DNA of 56,873 bases from Thermofilum sp. (GCA_020833575.1 JAJHRT010000001.1:1-56873), one strand, 5' to 3'. Positions 28,009-38,501 are shown, counted from the first letter of the stretch. The notes: generated by a model from the letters alone, not told the origin. A program made the numbers and translations.

Positions 28009-28054
28009 CCGCACTATTTTAAAGTAGCAGATTTTCACGCAGTGGCACTGTAGC

Positions 28055-28405
28055 GTGAGCAGCGTGGAGAAGTTTGTAAAGCGTGTGCTGAACCTGGCAG
28101 ATGCTGTAGCTGCTAAAGCGAACCTAAGCCGTCCCCTAGTAACCGAGGTACGAGTTCTCGAGGGCAACGCCGGGCCACCCAAAGGTGCGTTAACAGTCAC
28201 CGACGGGTCTTTTGTGATCCCTGAGGCCGGGGCGATATACGTCGTGAAAGCAGACCCTAGCCTCCTGGTTCTGAGGCTAGTTGCTGCTTACCTCGCGCTA
28301 GCGGTGTGGCACACCTACGGCACTTTCTCGCCAGAGCTCGCGGTGGAGATAGCCAGGCAGAACTACTTCCTGATACTCGTAAACGCTGTTCGCGAATCCC
28401 GCTGA
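28055..28405 (+). CDS. Hypothetical protein
   Basis: 116-aa ORF filling the gap, with TTTTAAA upstream; no recognised motif. Confidence 0.6.
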   Translation: MSSVEKFVKRVLNLADAVAAKANLSRPLVTEVRVLEGNAGPPKGALTVTDGSFVIPEAGAIYVVKADPSLLVLRLVAAYLALAVWHTYGTFSPELAVEIARQNYFLILVNAVRESR

Positions 28406-28423
28406 AAACCGGGGGGCTGGGGC

Positions 28424-29431
28424 GTGAGGGTCCTCGCGACAACTGTTCCCGGCTTGGAATTCGTTGTGATGGAGGAGGTGAGGGAGATCTGCGGGTGGGC
28501 CGAGGCTAGCTACACCAAGCTCTCGGGAAGAGTTTTTCTCGAGATAGACGAGAGCTGTCTACCTCTGCTGGCTGCTAGGGCGCGGTCGCTTGAGGGACTA
28601 AGGCTTATTGCTGGAGAGGCTCCCTCTCTCGAGGGGCTGCTTGAGGGAGTCGTCTCCTTCGTCAGGGGGTTGGGGGTGGAGGGCTTGTACTTCTCTGTCC
28701 ACGCTGAGAGAGTCACAAAGGAGGGGGGCTTCACCTCGCTCGACCTGGCGCGTGCTGTGGGGGAGAGGGTTAAGAGAGAGCTGGGGCTCGAGGTGTCGCT
28801 GGACTTCCCCGACATACCCCTTTACGTTGAGTACGAGGGCGGGTTGTACAGGTATGGCTTGGACCTGTCGTTCTTCCACGGGCTGCGCGACAGGCCCTAC
28901 AGGGTGTTCGTACACCCATCGGCTCTCAACCCTGTGATCGCTTACGCTATGTGCAGGCTGGCGATGCCCTTCGAGACTTTACTTGATCCATTCTGCGGAA
29001 GTGGCACCATTCCGCTCGAATGCTCCCAGGTTGCGGAGGCGCAGGCGTTCTGCAGCGACGTGAACGAGCAGTACGCGGCCGGGGCTAGGCTCAACTCGCT
29101 CAGGGCGGGGGTTTACCCGAGGATCCACATCCTAGCATCCGATGTGCGTAGACACCCGTTCGCGCGGGAGGTGGACGCCGTGGTTACAAACCCGCCTTTC
29201 GGTATCAGGGAGAAGGCTGTGGGCGGGCTTGCCGCTGTCTACAGAGCTCTCTTCGACATCGCCTCAGCGGCTCTCAGGAGAGAAGGGAGGCTTGTAGTGC
29301 TCACGACTAAGCTGAAGGCTGTTGAGGAGCTCGGCGCGAGGAGGGGTTTCTCGGTGGTTGCAAAGCACGAGATAAACGAGGGAGGTCTGACCTCTTACAT
29401 CGTGGTGCTCTCTAGGTCCTTTAGCTCATAA
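28424..29431 (+). CDS. THUMP-domain tRNA guanine-N2 methyltransferase (Trm14/TrmN-like)
   Basis: ATTVPGLE, THUMP (FTSLDLARAVG), LDPFCGSGTIPLE, TNPPFG. Confidence 0.85.
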   Translation: MRVLATTVPGLEFVVMEEVREICGWAEASYTKLSGRVFLEIDESCLPLLAARARSLEGLRLIAGEAPSLEGLLEGVVSFVRGLGVEGLYFSVHAERVTKEGGFTSLDLARAVGERVKRELGLEVSLDFPDIPLYVEYEGGLYRYGLDLSFFHGLRDRPYRVFVHPSALNPVIAYAMCRLAMPFETLLDPFCGSGTIPLECSQVAEAQAFCSDVNEQYAAGARLNSLRAGVYPRIHILASDVRRHPFAREVDAVVTNPPFGIREKAVGGLAAVYRALFDIASAALRREGRLVVLTTKLKAVEELGARRGFSVVAKHEINEGGLTSYIVVLSRSFSS

Positions 29432-30468
29432 AAGAGCAGGGCTGCAGCGCCTCCGAGCTTTCTCAGGGTTTGCCCCCACTCGCTCTCCGTGGGGATTATG
29501 TACACTTTCCCAGAGAGGCTTAGGACGTCGTTGAGAAGCTCTAGAACGGTATCTCTTGTTGCCTCCTCGAAGAGGAGATCATCGGCGACAAGGAGTTTCT
29601 CCACGACTCCCCACTTTGCCACCTTCACCACGTTCTCGAGGCCCAGCACAACCTTCTTTGAGCCCTTTGAGACGCTCTGGAGGACCTCGTCCACAAGCTC
29701 CCTCTCAATAACCGCTCTAACCTCTTTGAAGAGGCTCCTCAAATCCTCTCTGCGCAAGAGCTCGTGAATCCCCGCCTCTCCCCCCTCGCTAACCTTAACC
29801 AGCTTAGCGCGGGCACCAGCTTCCCTGATGGCTTCACTCACTACCTCGGTGAGACGCTCTGTGGTAGCTATGACTACCTCGTCCACGCCCTCCGCGTAGC
29901 CGCTTTTCAGCACGTCCTCCAGCTTCTTCCTGAGTGGGATGTACACCTGCTCCCTGATGCTTTCCTCCTCCCCCGTCTTCGTGTAGTCAATACCGGATAC
30001 GAACCTGACCTCGATCCCTACGGGTGATAGGTAGCCCACCGCAATCTCATCATCGCCCACGGATACTAGCAGAACCCTCTTTATCGCTGAGGAGGCTTTC
30101 GAGAGGATTTCCCGCGTCAAGGCGCCAATACCCTTTTGCTTGACTATTCTCACAGTGTCACCAACACCTAAGGAGAGCGTGTGGTAGGAACCCCTCCCGC
30201 TTACATCCTCAGGAGCATCGACTATCCTCCCAGTAACCCTTATCCTGTGCAGGAACTTCGAGTAGGAGATTTTCTCGACCTGCAGCCCAAGGTACACGCG
30301 TACCCTGTCGCCTTTCCTACCCTCCGCGTCCACGCGCAGCTGCCTCGTAGTCCACGCGTAAACAATGTCATTTCTCTCGAGCAGCAGCGCTAGGAAGTAG
30401 AAGTCTTCAGGGACTTCAAGCAGGACCTCCAGCTCCCCCCTTCTCTCATCTATCCCGAGAACCCTCAA
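29395..30468 (-). CDS. pelA: mRNA surveillance protein pelota
   Basis: PEDFYFL..TTR, RIRVTGRI, GSYHTL, eRF1-like domain 3 ending LGGAAALL. Confidence 0.9.
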   Translation of the reverse strand: MRVLGIDERRGELEVLLEVPEDFYFLALLLERNDIVYAWTTRQLRVDAEGRKGDRVRVYLGLQVEKISYSKFLHRIRVTGRIVDAPEDVSGRGSYHTLSLGVGDTVRIVKQKGIGALTREILSKASSAIKRVLLVSVGDDEIAVGYLSPVGIEVRFVSGIDYTKTGEEESIREQVYIPLRKKLEDVLKSGYAEGVDEVVIATTERLTEVVSEAIREAGARAKLVKVSEGGEAGIHELLRREDLRSLFKEVRAVIERELVDEVLQSVSKGSKKVVLGLENVVKVAKWGVVEKLLVADDLLFEEATRDTVLELLNDVLSLSGKVYIIPTESEWGQTLRKLGGAAALLFYELKDLESTTM

Positions 30469-30479
30469 GAAGCATCACC

Positions 30480-31166
30480 TCATGCGATTCCCAGCTGGTC
30501 CTCCAGTGCTAGAAGGGTCTTCGCCACAACATACCACGCGTCGAGAACTTCGTCTGCGTAGGAGAAGGGCTTGCCGCCTAGCCTGAGCACTTCCCCCGAG
30601 AACTCGCCGCTCTGGAAGCAGCCCACGATTACAAGAGGCCTCCTGTACTCGGAGAGCATCGCGGCTAGCTTGCGGGCATGTATCCTCTCGCCCTTTTCAT
30701 GCATGAGCGCAGCGAAGTCAGGGTTCCAGGTCCTCACGACGTCTTCGAGCTTCTCCTGCGACACCCAGAGCAGCGGCTTCTCGGCGTCAGGCGGCACCCT
30801 CCCCTCCGCTAGGAGCTGCTCCATCAGCCCAACAAACCTGTTGTAGTTCCTCGGTATGCGGACTACAGGATCCACCCTTATCACAAGCCCCCCGTATGTA
30901 TGCACAACAACCTCGAGTAACCCCCTCTTATTAAGCAGGGTGCTCAAAGCGAGTAGCAGGCATGCATGAAGGATATCCGGGCGCCCCCTCTTCCTCCAGT
31001 CCTTCAGCGTTTTCGCAGCAGCGTAGTGAAGCGATATGTCAAGAAGGATCTCGCCGGGCCTCTTACCTCTGGCATTGGCGGTGTTTCTCACCGCTGGATG
31101 GTGCCAGAGCTCCCGCGGTACTAGCTCAAGGCCGGCGTCCGCAAGTATCAATAAGAGCTTCTCCAT
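30480..31166 (-). CDS. nep1: 16S rRNA pseudouridine methyltransferase Nep1/Emg1
   Basis: LELVP, LDISLH, RGRPDILH, RIPRNYNRFVGLMEQLL; start ATG 31166. Confidence 0.93.
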   Translation of the reverse strand: MEKLLLILADAGLELVPRELWHHPAVRNTANARGKRPGEILLDISLHYAAAKTLKDWRKRGRPDILHACLLLALSTLLNKRGLLEVVVHTYGGLVIRVDPVVRIPRNYNRFVGLMEQLLAEGRVPPDAEKPLLWVSQEKLEDVVRTWNPDFAALMHEKGERIHARKLAAMLSEYRRPLVIVGCFQSGEFSGEVLRLGGKPFSYADEVLDAWYVVAKTLLALEDQLGIA

Positions 31167-31184
31167 ACTCTCCCCCGCGTAGTG

Positions 31185-31574
31185 ATGCCGAGGCGCAGTA
31201 GTAGAAAGTATTTGCGCGACCTTGCGTTGCAGAGAATTAAGCGGCTCGTGATGTTTGCAGAGCAGGTGAGAGCTGTGGAGCCGGAGCTCGCCGACAGGTA
31301 CGGAGAGCTCGCCCTGGCTATCGCGAGGAAGGCGCGGCTCCACTACCCGGATTTTCTCAAGGCTCGCGTGTGCAGGCGCTGTGGCGCGTGGCTGGTCCCA
31401 GGAGTTACTGCTCGAGTTCGCCTCCGGAGACGGGGGAGGATGAAGTACATAGCTGTCACATGCCTGAAGTGCGGGTACGTGAGGCGCTACCCGCTGAAGC
31501 GGCAGGAAGTTCCACCTCGACCATGGTACACGTTCTACCGCGCGCCGCGGGTGAGGGATTTTGCTCCGCGTTAG
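31185..31574 (+). CDS. rnp4: Ribonuclease P protein component 4 (Rpp21)
   Basis: ALQRIKRL, ADRYGELA, CRRCG..LVPG..RVRL, CLKCG..RRYP. Confidence 0.93.
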   Translation: MPRRSSRKYLRDLALQRIKRLVMFAEQVRAVEPELADRYGELALAIARKARLHYPDFLKARVCRRCGAWLVPGVTARVRLRRRGRMKYIAVTCLKCGYVRRYPLKRQEVPPRPWYTFYRAPRVRDFAPR

Positions 31575-33048
31575 AGGGATTTACGCCACGGCGCTGACAG
31601 GGCTGCTGGACGACTTTGGGTACACGTTTGCCGATTTGACGGAGAAGGTTAGGGAGCGCGTACCCTGCGTAAGAGTCCAGGGACGAGTAGCCGTGACCGT
31701 GAAGGATCTGGAGGATAGGAAGGGGGTTGTGGTCGTAGGTGACCCAGCGCTAGTCCCCCGCGTGGCTTATGCTATTGCAGCTGCTGTCCCAGGTAGCATG
31801 ACCGTGTACCTCGAAGAGGGGCCTTACACGACGTTCCTTGTGCGCGTCGTCGAGCGCCTACAGGAGGGGTTGTACGTCGTGGAGCTGCCCGGCGCGAGGC
31901 GTGCGCTCCTCAGCTCGAAGAAGCAGCTGAAGGAGGGAGAGTTGGCAGCAGGCCATGTGGTCAGGCCTGACGAGGAGAACCCGCTTCTCGCTCATGGGAT
32001 CGCGCTGACGGGTACTTACGTGAGGTTAGTTGAAGGAAGTCGCCATGGCGTAAGTGAGCACTTCAGGGACGCTGCTCTCGCAGCTGAGATGCTGGCTATG
32101 GCGCAGATGACGGCACCTGAGGGGTGGGGCGTGAGGATAAGGAGTGCGGCACAGAGCGCAACCCTGCTGGAGGTAGCCTCGGAGATCAAGGAGCTGTCTC
32201 AGCGTGCCGAAACCCTGCGCAGGGTTGCGAGGGAGATGAGCAGCCCAGCCCTCCTGGCCCAGGGGGAGAGTATAGCGTTCGTCCACTTCTCCTCAGATGC
32301 CGCCGCCAGGTTGGACTCCATCAGGAACAGATACTCGGCGACGGCACCACTCCACCACCTTTTAAAGTCCACGGGGGTAAAGCTGCTAAGCGATTACGTT
32401 GACAAAGTAGAGCTGGAGGGCACCGCGACCCTGCCAGAGATGGCAAAGCTCTACGCCGAGCTCTTCAGGAAGGTCCTGGAGAGCGGGCGCGCAAGGCTGG
32501 AGCATAAGAAACTCCCTGCGGGTGGGTTCTCGTGGCAAGCCGACGCGAGCCTGGCCCCCAGGGGCATCATACTGCTCAGCAGGGTTGTGCGCTCGGAGGG
32601 AGTCTACGATGGGTTGGAGGTACCTAAGACGCCGGGTGACAGAATACTGTCATTCACATGGCCCCTCGCCAGAGTAATCGCGCACTTCTACTTCTCGAGA
32701 GAGGAGGAAGTAAAGGGGGTTTATGTGAACGTGAACACCCCCCTCGAGGTGGTCTACGGGGAGCACCCCTTCCTCAGGTACATCGACTTAGCAGTGGACG
32801 TCGTCAGGGTGGGTAGCGACATAAGAGTCGTGGACAGGGAGAAGTTCGAATACCTGGTAAGTAGGGGGGTGCTGCTCAGGAGAGACGCAGAAGGGTATCT
32901 GTGCCTAGTCAAGAAGGTGGTTGACGTTCTTTCGAGCGTCGAAGCCCCTATCGAGGCGGCAGAGGGGCTCCTTGAGGCCCAGGACGAGTGCTTCGCCGAG
33001 GAACCTGTAGAAGAGTATAAGAACGAGGTGCTGCGCCTCCTCGCGTGA
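31561..33048 (+). CDS. fau-1: RNA-binding protein AU-1 / ribonuclease FAU-1 (DUF402)
   Basis: RVRGIYATALT, WGVRIRSAA, GVYDGLEV, YVNVNTP.E, YIDL.VDVV. Confidence 0.88.
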   Translation: MLRVRGIYATALTGLLDDFGYTFADLTEKVRERVPCVRVQGRVAVTVKDLEDRKGVVVVGDPALVPRVAYAIAAAVPGSMTVYLEEGPYTTFLVRVVERLQEGLYVVELPGARRALLSSKKQLKEGELAAGHVVRPDEENPLLAHGIALTGTYVRLVEGSRHGVSEHFRDAALAAEMLAMAQMTAPEGWGVRIRSAAQSATLLEVASEIKELSQRAETLRRVAREMSSPALLAQGESIAFVHFSSDAAARLDSIRNRYSATAPLHHLLKSTGVKLLSDYVDKVELEGTATLPEMAKLYAELFRKVLESGRARLEHKKLPAGGFSWQADASLAPRGIILLSRVVRSEGVYDGLEVPKTPGDRILSFTWPLARVIAHFYFSREEEVKGVYVNVNTPLEVVYGEHPFLRYIDLAVDVVRVGSDIRVVDREKFEYLVSRGVLLRRDAEGYLCLVKKVVDVLSSVEAPIEAAEGLLEAQDECFAEEPVEEYKNEVLRLLA

Positions 33049-33569
33049 TGGCCATAGACGTGCTCTGGGCCCCCTGGCGTATGAAATACATAGAGTACAC
33101 CAAGATCGAGAAGAGCCGTGGGTGCTTTATCTGCGAGGCTGTGAGGAGTAGTAACCCGGAGGAGAAGCTCGTCGTGCATAGGACAGAATCTGTGGTAGTC
33201 TTGATGAACAGGTACCCGTACAACACAGGGCACCTCTTAATAGCCCCGGCGAGGCACGTGGCCGAATTTGCTCAGCTCAGCGACTCGGAGCTCTTCGAGC
33301 TCGCGGCAATTTTGAGAGACTCGCTGGAGTGGCTCAGAAAGGCTCTCTCCCCCGACGGGTTCAATATAGGCGTGAACATCGGGAGGGTTGCTGGCGCAGG
33401 GCTCGAGGACCACCTGCACATCCACGTGGTGCCTAGGTGGAACGGCGACACAAACTTCATGCCTATAGTAGCCAACACCAAGGTGATACCCGAAGCGCTG
33501 GTCGACACCTACAGGAAAATTATAGCTGCGAAAAACCAGCTCGCGAGCGCTCAAACGACAAAGCCGTAG
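33048..33569 (+). CDS. HIT family hydrolase (Ap4A hydrolase-like)
   Basis: LWAPWRM.YI, CFIC, YPYNTGH, HLHIHVVPRW.GD. Confidence 0.93.
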   Translation: MAIDVLWAPWRMKYIEYTKIEKSRGCFICEAVRSSNPEEKLVVHRTESVVVLMNRYPYNTGHLLIAPARHVAEFAQLSDSELFELAAILRDSLEWLRKALSPDGFNIGVNIGRVAGAGLEDHLHIHVVPRWNGDTNFMPIVANTKVIPEALVDTYRKIIAAKNQLASAQTTKP

Positions 33570-34813
33570 CCGATCAGCCGCCATCTTCCGCTGTACTGCC
33601 TGGAGATGGCGGCTCTTGCCCCCTTCTCGGCAACTACAGGCACCTTAAGCTTCAGGTGTACAGTGTCGCTTCTCGCCGAGGTAACCACCCCCGCCGTCAA
33701 CGCGGTACCAACGTTCACCAGGAGAACTTCCCCTGCTCTCAAAGGTTCTATGGGGCCGGCCTTGTCCAGGCCCACAACCCGCTCGAGCAGCTTGTACTCG
33801 AGCTCGAGCTCATAGAGTGGCTCGGGCAGTGTTCCAGGCTTTCCCACCACATTGCCTATAAGACTGTCAGCCTTGGTTAAGCTGGGGTCCAGGTTTGTTC
33901 CAACAGCCACGAGGCCTCCTGGGTACGCGACTTCAAGGCGCTCGGTTCCCGACATCAGCGAAGTTATCTCAGTGTAGAGGGGCTCGTACTCCTCTCGGCT
34001 GTCACGCCTCACCTTGATACCAGGCCTTATCTCTATCTCGTCGCCCACCTTGAAGGTGCCCTGCACAATAGTCCCTCCGAGAACTCCACCCGTGAGATCC
34101 TTCACGGTGGTTCCAGGCTTATTCACGTCAAACGACCTGACGACAAGCATCTTAGGCGTCAGAGATGGATCCCGCCTTGGGGTTGGTATGTACCTCTCCA
34201 TGGCCCATACCAGCGCGTCTACGTTCACTCTATGCATCGATGACACAGGGATTATCGGTGCGTTCTCCGCCCACGTGCCTTCTAGGAACTCGCGTATCTC
34301 CTTGTAGCTTTCGAGAGCTCTCTCCTTGCTCACTATGTCTATCTTATTCTGCACAACGATCACGTTGCGCACGCCTACTATCTCCAGGGCCTTGAAGTGC
34401 TCCAGCGTCTGCGGCTGCGGGCACTTCTTGGAAGCATCTATCACAAGCAATGCGCCATCCATCAGCGCGGCACCAGAGAGCATGACTGACATCAGCATCT
34501 CGTGGCCCGGTACGTCTACAAAGGAAACCTTCCTCACAAACTCCAGAGGGGAGCCGCAGTATCTGCATCGGAGGTCGCGCGGCGCAGTGGCATTAGTGTA
34601 GTAGGCCTGAGGGGGAGGGCACTTGGGGCACTTGTATATCGTGGCATCTGCATAGCCGATCTTCAGCGTTATACCTCGCTTAAGCTCCTCTGAGTGTTTC
34701 GCTGTCCAGATTCCAGTCAAGGACTCGACGAGGGTTGTTTTGCCATGATCTACGTGCCCCGCGGTTCCTATGTTTGTCAGCGGTTGCTTTCTAGCAGCCT
34801 CATCAACGGACAT
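33551..34813 (-). CDS. eif2g: Translation initiation factor 2 gamma subunit
   Basis: GHVDHGKTT, EELKRGITLKIGYA, DVPGHE, PQPQT.EH, NKID, WRLIGYG. Confidence 0.98.
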   Translation of the reverse strand: MSVDEAARKQPLTNIGTAGHVDHGKTTLVESLTGIWTAKHSEELKRGITLKIGYADATIYKCPKCPPPQAYYTNATAPRDLRCRYCGSPLEFVRKVSFVDVPGHEMLMSVMLSGAALMDGALLVIDASKKCPQPQTLEHFKALEIVGVRNVIVVQNKIDIVSKERALESYKEIREFLEGTWAENAPIIPVSSMHRVNVDALVWAMERYIPTPRRDPSLTPKMLVVRSFDVNKPGTTVKDLTGGVLGGTIVQGTFKVGDEIEIRPGIKVRRDSREEYEPLYTEITSLMSGTERLEVAYPGGLVAVGTNLDPSLTKADSLIGNVVGKPGTLPEPLYELELEYKLLERVVGLDKAGPIEPLRAGEVLLVNVGTALTAGVVTSARSDTVHLKLKVPVVAEKGARAAISRQYSGRWRLIGYGFVV

Positions 34814-34869
34814 ACTCTGGGTAGCTCTCCCATCGGCCTATTTAGCACTTTCGCGCGTAGAGTGTCGCC

Positions 34870-35388
34870 CTACCCTATTATCTCTACATAGTTCTCCTTC
34901 GAGAGCTCCTCAGCGATCCTCCTAGGGATTCGGGCTACATCCCCCGCTTTAAAGGGGCCTAGCGTCAGGCCCCTGTCTACCATGCGCGGGTAGGGTTTGA
35001 GGAAAGCCACGAGAACGCTTTCTTCCATTCTGGCTCCAGGCGCTCTCTCCTCGAGCTTTTGCTGCTTCACCTGCTTCTCTGCAGCTTCGGGTGCTTCTCC
35101 AAGCGACGCGAGAATCCTTCCGACAAAGTCTATAACGGCTTTCTCTTCTTCAGGAATGTTCTGGGGTAGACTTCTGCCCTCGGCTATTTGGCGTAGCTCC
35201 TTCTGGAGCCTCAGAAGAAACAGCAGCCTCACAGAGTTCCTTAAGAGCTCCGCAGTGACCTTATCACCGGCACGCTCGGCCTCCTTGGCGACCTGCAAAG
35301 CCCTCCTGTAGAAGTCCCTCTCCAGTGGTTCAAGCTCGCTGGAGAGAAGTTCACGGGAAAGGGCGGACTGCACCTGCGAACTACTCAC
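34870..35388 (-). CDS. GINS complex protein Gins15/51-like
   Basis: Helical A domain (REL.S.EL.PL..DFY, R..K) plus C-terminal B domain GPFKAGDVA.IP..A..L. Confidence 0.8.
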   Translation of the reverse strand: MSSSQVQSALSRELLSSELEPLERDFYRRALQVAKEAERAGDKVTAELLRNSVRLLFLLRLQKELRQIAEGRSLPQNIPEEEKAVIDFVGRILASLGEAPEAAEKQVKQQKLEERAPGARMEESVLVAFLKPYPRMVDRGLTLGPFKAGDVARIPRRIAEELSKENYVEIIG

Positions 35389-35947
35389 GGTGCTCTATCA
35401 CCCTCAGCAGGAGATCAAGCGTTGCCCCCTCGAAACCCATGCCCTCGAGCTCGCCACGACTAACCCCTCTCCGCCTCAGCTCGCTTAACACCTCCGTGTA
35501 CTCATAGGGGAAAACCACCCACTCCCTCACAACCTCCAGGTAGTAGTCAGGCGGGTTGCGCGTCCACTCCTTAACAAACAGGGTAGCTGCTCTCACACAG
35601 CCTGCGCCCGCGCTCCTAAGTTCTCTCAGTGCGAGATCAAGCGTCAAACCGGTGTCTGCTACATCGTCGACTAAAAGCACTTTCCTCCCGCGGACGGATC
35701 CAGATATTGTTTGCGAGATGCGCGGGGCCACATCCCTGTCGTTAACCCCCCTGTAGTACTGTATGGTTATGCTGGCAGTCTCTCTCACGCCGAGCACGTC
35801 CGAGAGAATTCTCCCCAGGACCCACCCCCCTCTAGCTACCGCCACGATGATGTCTGGTTTATACCCCTTGTCTTTTATAACCAGTGCTAGGGCCAGAGCC
35901 TTCTCATAGAACTCCTTCCAGCTCAACACCCTCAGCTCAGTACCCAT
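35381..35947 (-). CDS. Purine phosphoribosyltransferase (HGXPRT-like)
   Basis: VARGG, VLLVDDVADTGLTL, WVVFPYE; start ATG 35947. Confidence 0.88.
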   Translation of the reverse strand: MGTELRVLSWKEFYEKALALALVIKDKGYKPDIIVAVARGGWVLGRILSDVLGVRETASITIQYYRGVNDRDVAPRISQTISGSVRGRKVLLVDDVADTGLTLDLALRELRSAGAGCVRAATLFVKEWTRNPPDYYLEVVREWVVFPYEYTEVLSELRRRGVSRGELEGMGFEGATLDLLLRVIEHRE

Positions 35948-35970
35948 AGTTCTGACCTCAGCACGCGGCT

Positions 35971-36888
35971 TCATGAATTCCCAGAGCCTCTCAGCCTCCG
36001 TACCTCCCGAACTGCGCGCAGAATCCCCTCGCCGAGGGCCCGCGCTGCTGAAACCTTCATGAAGGGGTTCACCACGGTATCTGAGGCCACTATCTCCCTG
36101 ACGCCGGCCCCGAGGATTCTGGCCTCCGCACCTTCCACCAGCAGTGCATGGGCGCACGCAACTATGATCTCTCTCACACCACTCTCGGCGAGCACCTGCG
36201 CCACCGAGGCTATCGTGGAGCCCGTGCTGATTATGTCGTCTACGATCACGGCACGCTCAGCTCCCTGTATAGCCCCCCTAACCTCGACTTGATAGTCTCC
36301 CAGCCTCTTCTTCTCGAAGACGATGTACCTGCTTCCCAGCTTCTCCGAGAACACGCGAGCCCATTGCTCTGCTTCCTCGTCCGGTGCAACAACCACGCAG
36401 TTTCCGCAGACTTCCTTCACGTAGTCAGCCAGGTCTGGCATCACCGAGACATTGTAAGTAGGTATCGAGAATACCTCGGAAACGTCCTTGAAGCGATGCA
36501 AGTGCATGTCAACCGTGACCAGCGAGTCCATGCCGAACTCCTCGAGCATCCTGGATACTATCGTGAGACTCACAGCTTCACCTCTTTGGAACTCGCTATC
36601 CTGCCTAGCGTAGGGGAAGTAGGGCATCGCCAAGACCACGCTTTTGGCCCCCAACCTCCTTAGGGTGGCTAAGGAGAATGCGGCCTCTATTAGGGCATCA
36701 TTGGGCCGGCGCCCCGCGCAGATTAGCAGGACTACGTCCCTCCCCGCGACCTCTACAGGTATCCTGAGGTAAGTCTCTCCATCCGGGAACTTTCTCGTGA
36801 CAAGCGCGTAGTGAGGAAAGCCGACCTGCGCGGAAAGCTTCCTGGCAAGCCCGGAGCACCACTCCCCCGAGAGCAGCAGCGTGCCCAT
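35971..36888 (-). CDS. prs: Ribose-phosphate pyrophosphokinase
   Basis: KFPDGE, PYFPYARQD, DMH, APD, IVDDIISTGST. Confidence 0.95.
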   Translation of the reverse strand: MGTLLLSGEWCSGLARKLSAQVGFPHYALVTRKFPDGETYLRIPVEVAGRDVVLLICAGRRPNDALIEAAFSLATLRRLGAKSVVLAMPYFPYARQDSEFQRGEAVSLTIVSRMLEEFGMDSLVTVDMHLHRFKDVSEVFSIPTYNVSVMPDLADYVKEVCGNCVVVAPDEEAEQWARVFSEKLGSRYIVFEKKRLGDYQVEVRGAIQGAERAVIVDDIISTGSTIASVAQVLAESGVREIIVACAHALLVEGAEARILGAGVREIVASDTVVNPFMKVSAARALGEGILRAVREVRRLRGSGNS

Positions 36889-36939
36889 GATCCGCTCACG
36901 ATGCCTGGAGAGCGGGCAATCATATGCTTTTTACGCAGC

Positions 36940-37200
36940 TTAGGCCTTCTTGCGCTTCTCCCGACGCCGCGGGCCCTGCCAGTAGAGGAGTTTTCCTACA
37001 AGCGCCTCAGGCCTCCACCTGCTGGTGTCCACCTTGACGAGGACAAAGGGGCTCCGCACGGGGCCTACAACATCATAGACATAGCCCACGAGGGTCATTC
37101 TGTCGTCGTACACCTTCTCGCCGATCTCCGGGACTTCGCGAGCCTCAACTACCAGATTACCATGCCTGCTAACAAGCCTGACGCGCCCCAGCGCTCTCAT
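36940..37200 (-). CDS. gar1: H/ACA RNP protein Gar1/Naf1
   Basis: P.IG..VYD..VG.V.DVVGPV..PFV. Confidence 0.9.
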   Translation of the reverse strand: MRALGRVRLVSRHGNLVVEAREVPEIGEKVYDDRMTLVGYVYDVVGPVRSPFVLVKVDTSRWRPEALVGKLLYWQGPRRREKRKKA

Positions 37201-37280
37201 CGCACCAGCAACCCTGCGGGGTGTTAGAGGGGCAGGAAAATAAAATATACTTCCATCGTGAGCAGCTACCGGAGGAAGTT

Positions 37281-38501
37281 ATGGGGGCCTACTACCTAGC
37301 TCTCATGCCTTTCGGCGTAGTGCTTGCGAACGATAAAGGGGAGATTGTCGCCAGCGCTCTTGCGGGTAAAAGCTTCGAAGAGGCTAGAGCCTACCTCCAA
37401 GCGTTGGAAGGGGGAGCTTTGACTCAGGATGTGCTAGACCTTATTAAGAAGCACCTCACCCGGGACGACACCCTCTACGTTGAGGACGAGGATGTAGCCC
37501 GTTTTGTTACGCAAACGCTGGGGCTCAATGTGAGGGTGGAGCCGGGCTCGCCTGTATTCCGCGGGCTCAGGGCGAAGATGCCCGCAACGATGGCAAAGCT
37601 GATGGGCGTACAGGAGCAAGAGTTCTACAACCTGCTCCACCAGATGACTATCGAGCTCGCGCGGAGCAAGCTCAAGGAGGTCGCCGAGAAAAGAGACCTC
37701 TTCGTGGCGCAGGCGATACGGGCGCTGGACGACGTGAACAAGACGATCAACCTCTTTGCCTCGCGGGTGAGAGAGTGGTACGGTCTGCACTTCCCCGAGC
37801 TGGATGAGTTGGTGGAGGATCACGAAGACTACCTTAAGATCGTGAGCAAGATTGGGCATAGGAGCAGCATCACTGAGGAAGCATTGAGGGAGATCGGGAT
37901 CAAGGGAGAGCTTGCGTCTAAGATAGTCTCGGCGGCTGCGAATAGCATGGGGGCCGAGCTTGCGGAGTTTGACCTCGAGGCAATCCGCCTGATCTCGGAC
38001 ATGGGTCTCCAGCTGTACTCGGTCAGGCGCAGCCTTGAGAAGTACATCGACGAGGCCATGTACGAGGTAGCTCCTAATATCCGAGCCCTGGTCGGGTCCT
38101 TGCTGGGAGCCCGGCTGATATCTCTCGCGGGAGGCTTGGACAAGCTGGCTAGGCTACCAGCTAGCACTATCCAGGTATTAGGAGCCGAGAAGGCTCTCTT
38201 CCGCGCACTGAAGTACGGCGCGAAACCGCCTAAACACGGTGTGATCTTCCAGCACCCTCTGATACACAGATCTCCTAAGTGGCAGAGGGGCAAGATAGCC
38301 AGGGCGCTGGCCGCGAAACTTGCGATAGCTGCTAGGATTGATGCCTTCACAGGAGAGTACAGGGCGGACGAGCTTCGCGAAGACCTGGAGAAGAGGGTTG
38401 AGGAGATAAGGACTCTCTACCCGACTCCTCCCAAGAAGGCTCGGGCTGAGGGTAGGGAAAAGACCTTTAAGAGGAGAGGTAAGGAAAGAGGTGGTAGATG
38501 A
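37281..38501 (+). CDS. nop5: C/D box RNP protein Nop5 (Nop56/58)
   Basis: [43 protein letters not shown]. Confidence 0.96.
   Translation: MGAYYLALMPFGVVLANDKGEIVASALAGKSFEEARAYLQALEGGALTQDVLDLIKKHLTRDDTLYVEDEDVARFVTQTLGLNVRVEPGSPVFRGLRAKMPATMAKLMGVQEQEFYNLLHQMTIELARSKLKEVAEKRDLFVAQAIRALDDVNKTINLFASRVREWYGLHFPELDELVEDHEDYLKIVSKIGHRSSITEEALREIGIKGELASKIVSAAANSMGAELAEFDLEAIRLISDMGLQLYSVRRSLEKYIDEAMYEVAPNIRALVGSLLGARLISLAGGLDKLARLPASTIQVLGAEKALFRALKYGAKPPKHGVIFQHPLIHRSPKWQRGKIARALAAKLAIAARIDAFTGEYRADELREDLEKRVEEIRTLYPTPPKKARAEGREKTFKRRGKERGGR

Noticed and set aside
31167-31343. Upstream extension of nep1 ORF
   Set aside because: Overlaps rnp4 on the opposite strand; homology starts at MEKLLLILAD
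35948-36157. Upstream extension of the phosphoribosyltransferase ORF
   Set aside because: Overlaps the prs 3' end; low-complexity translation
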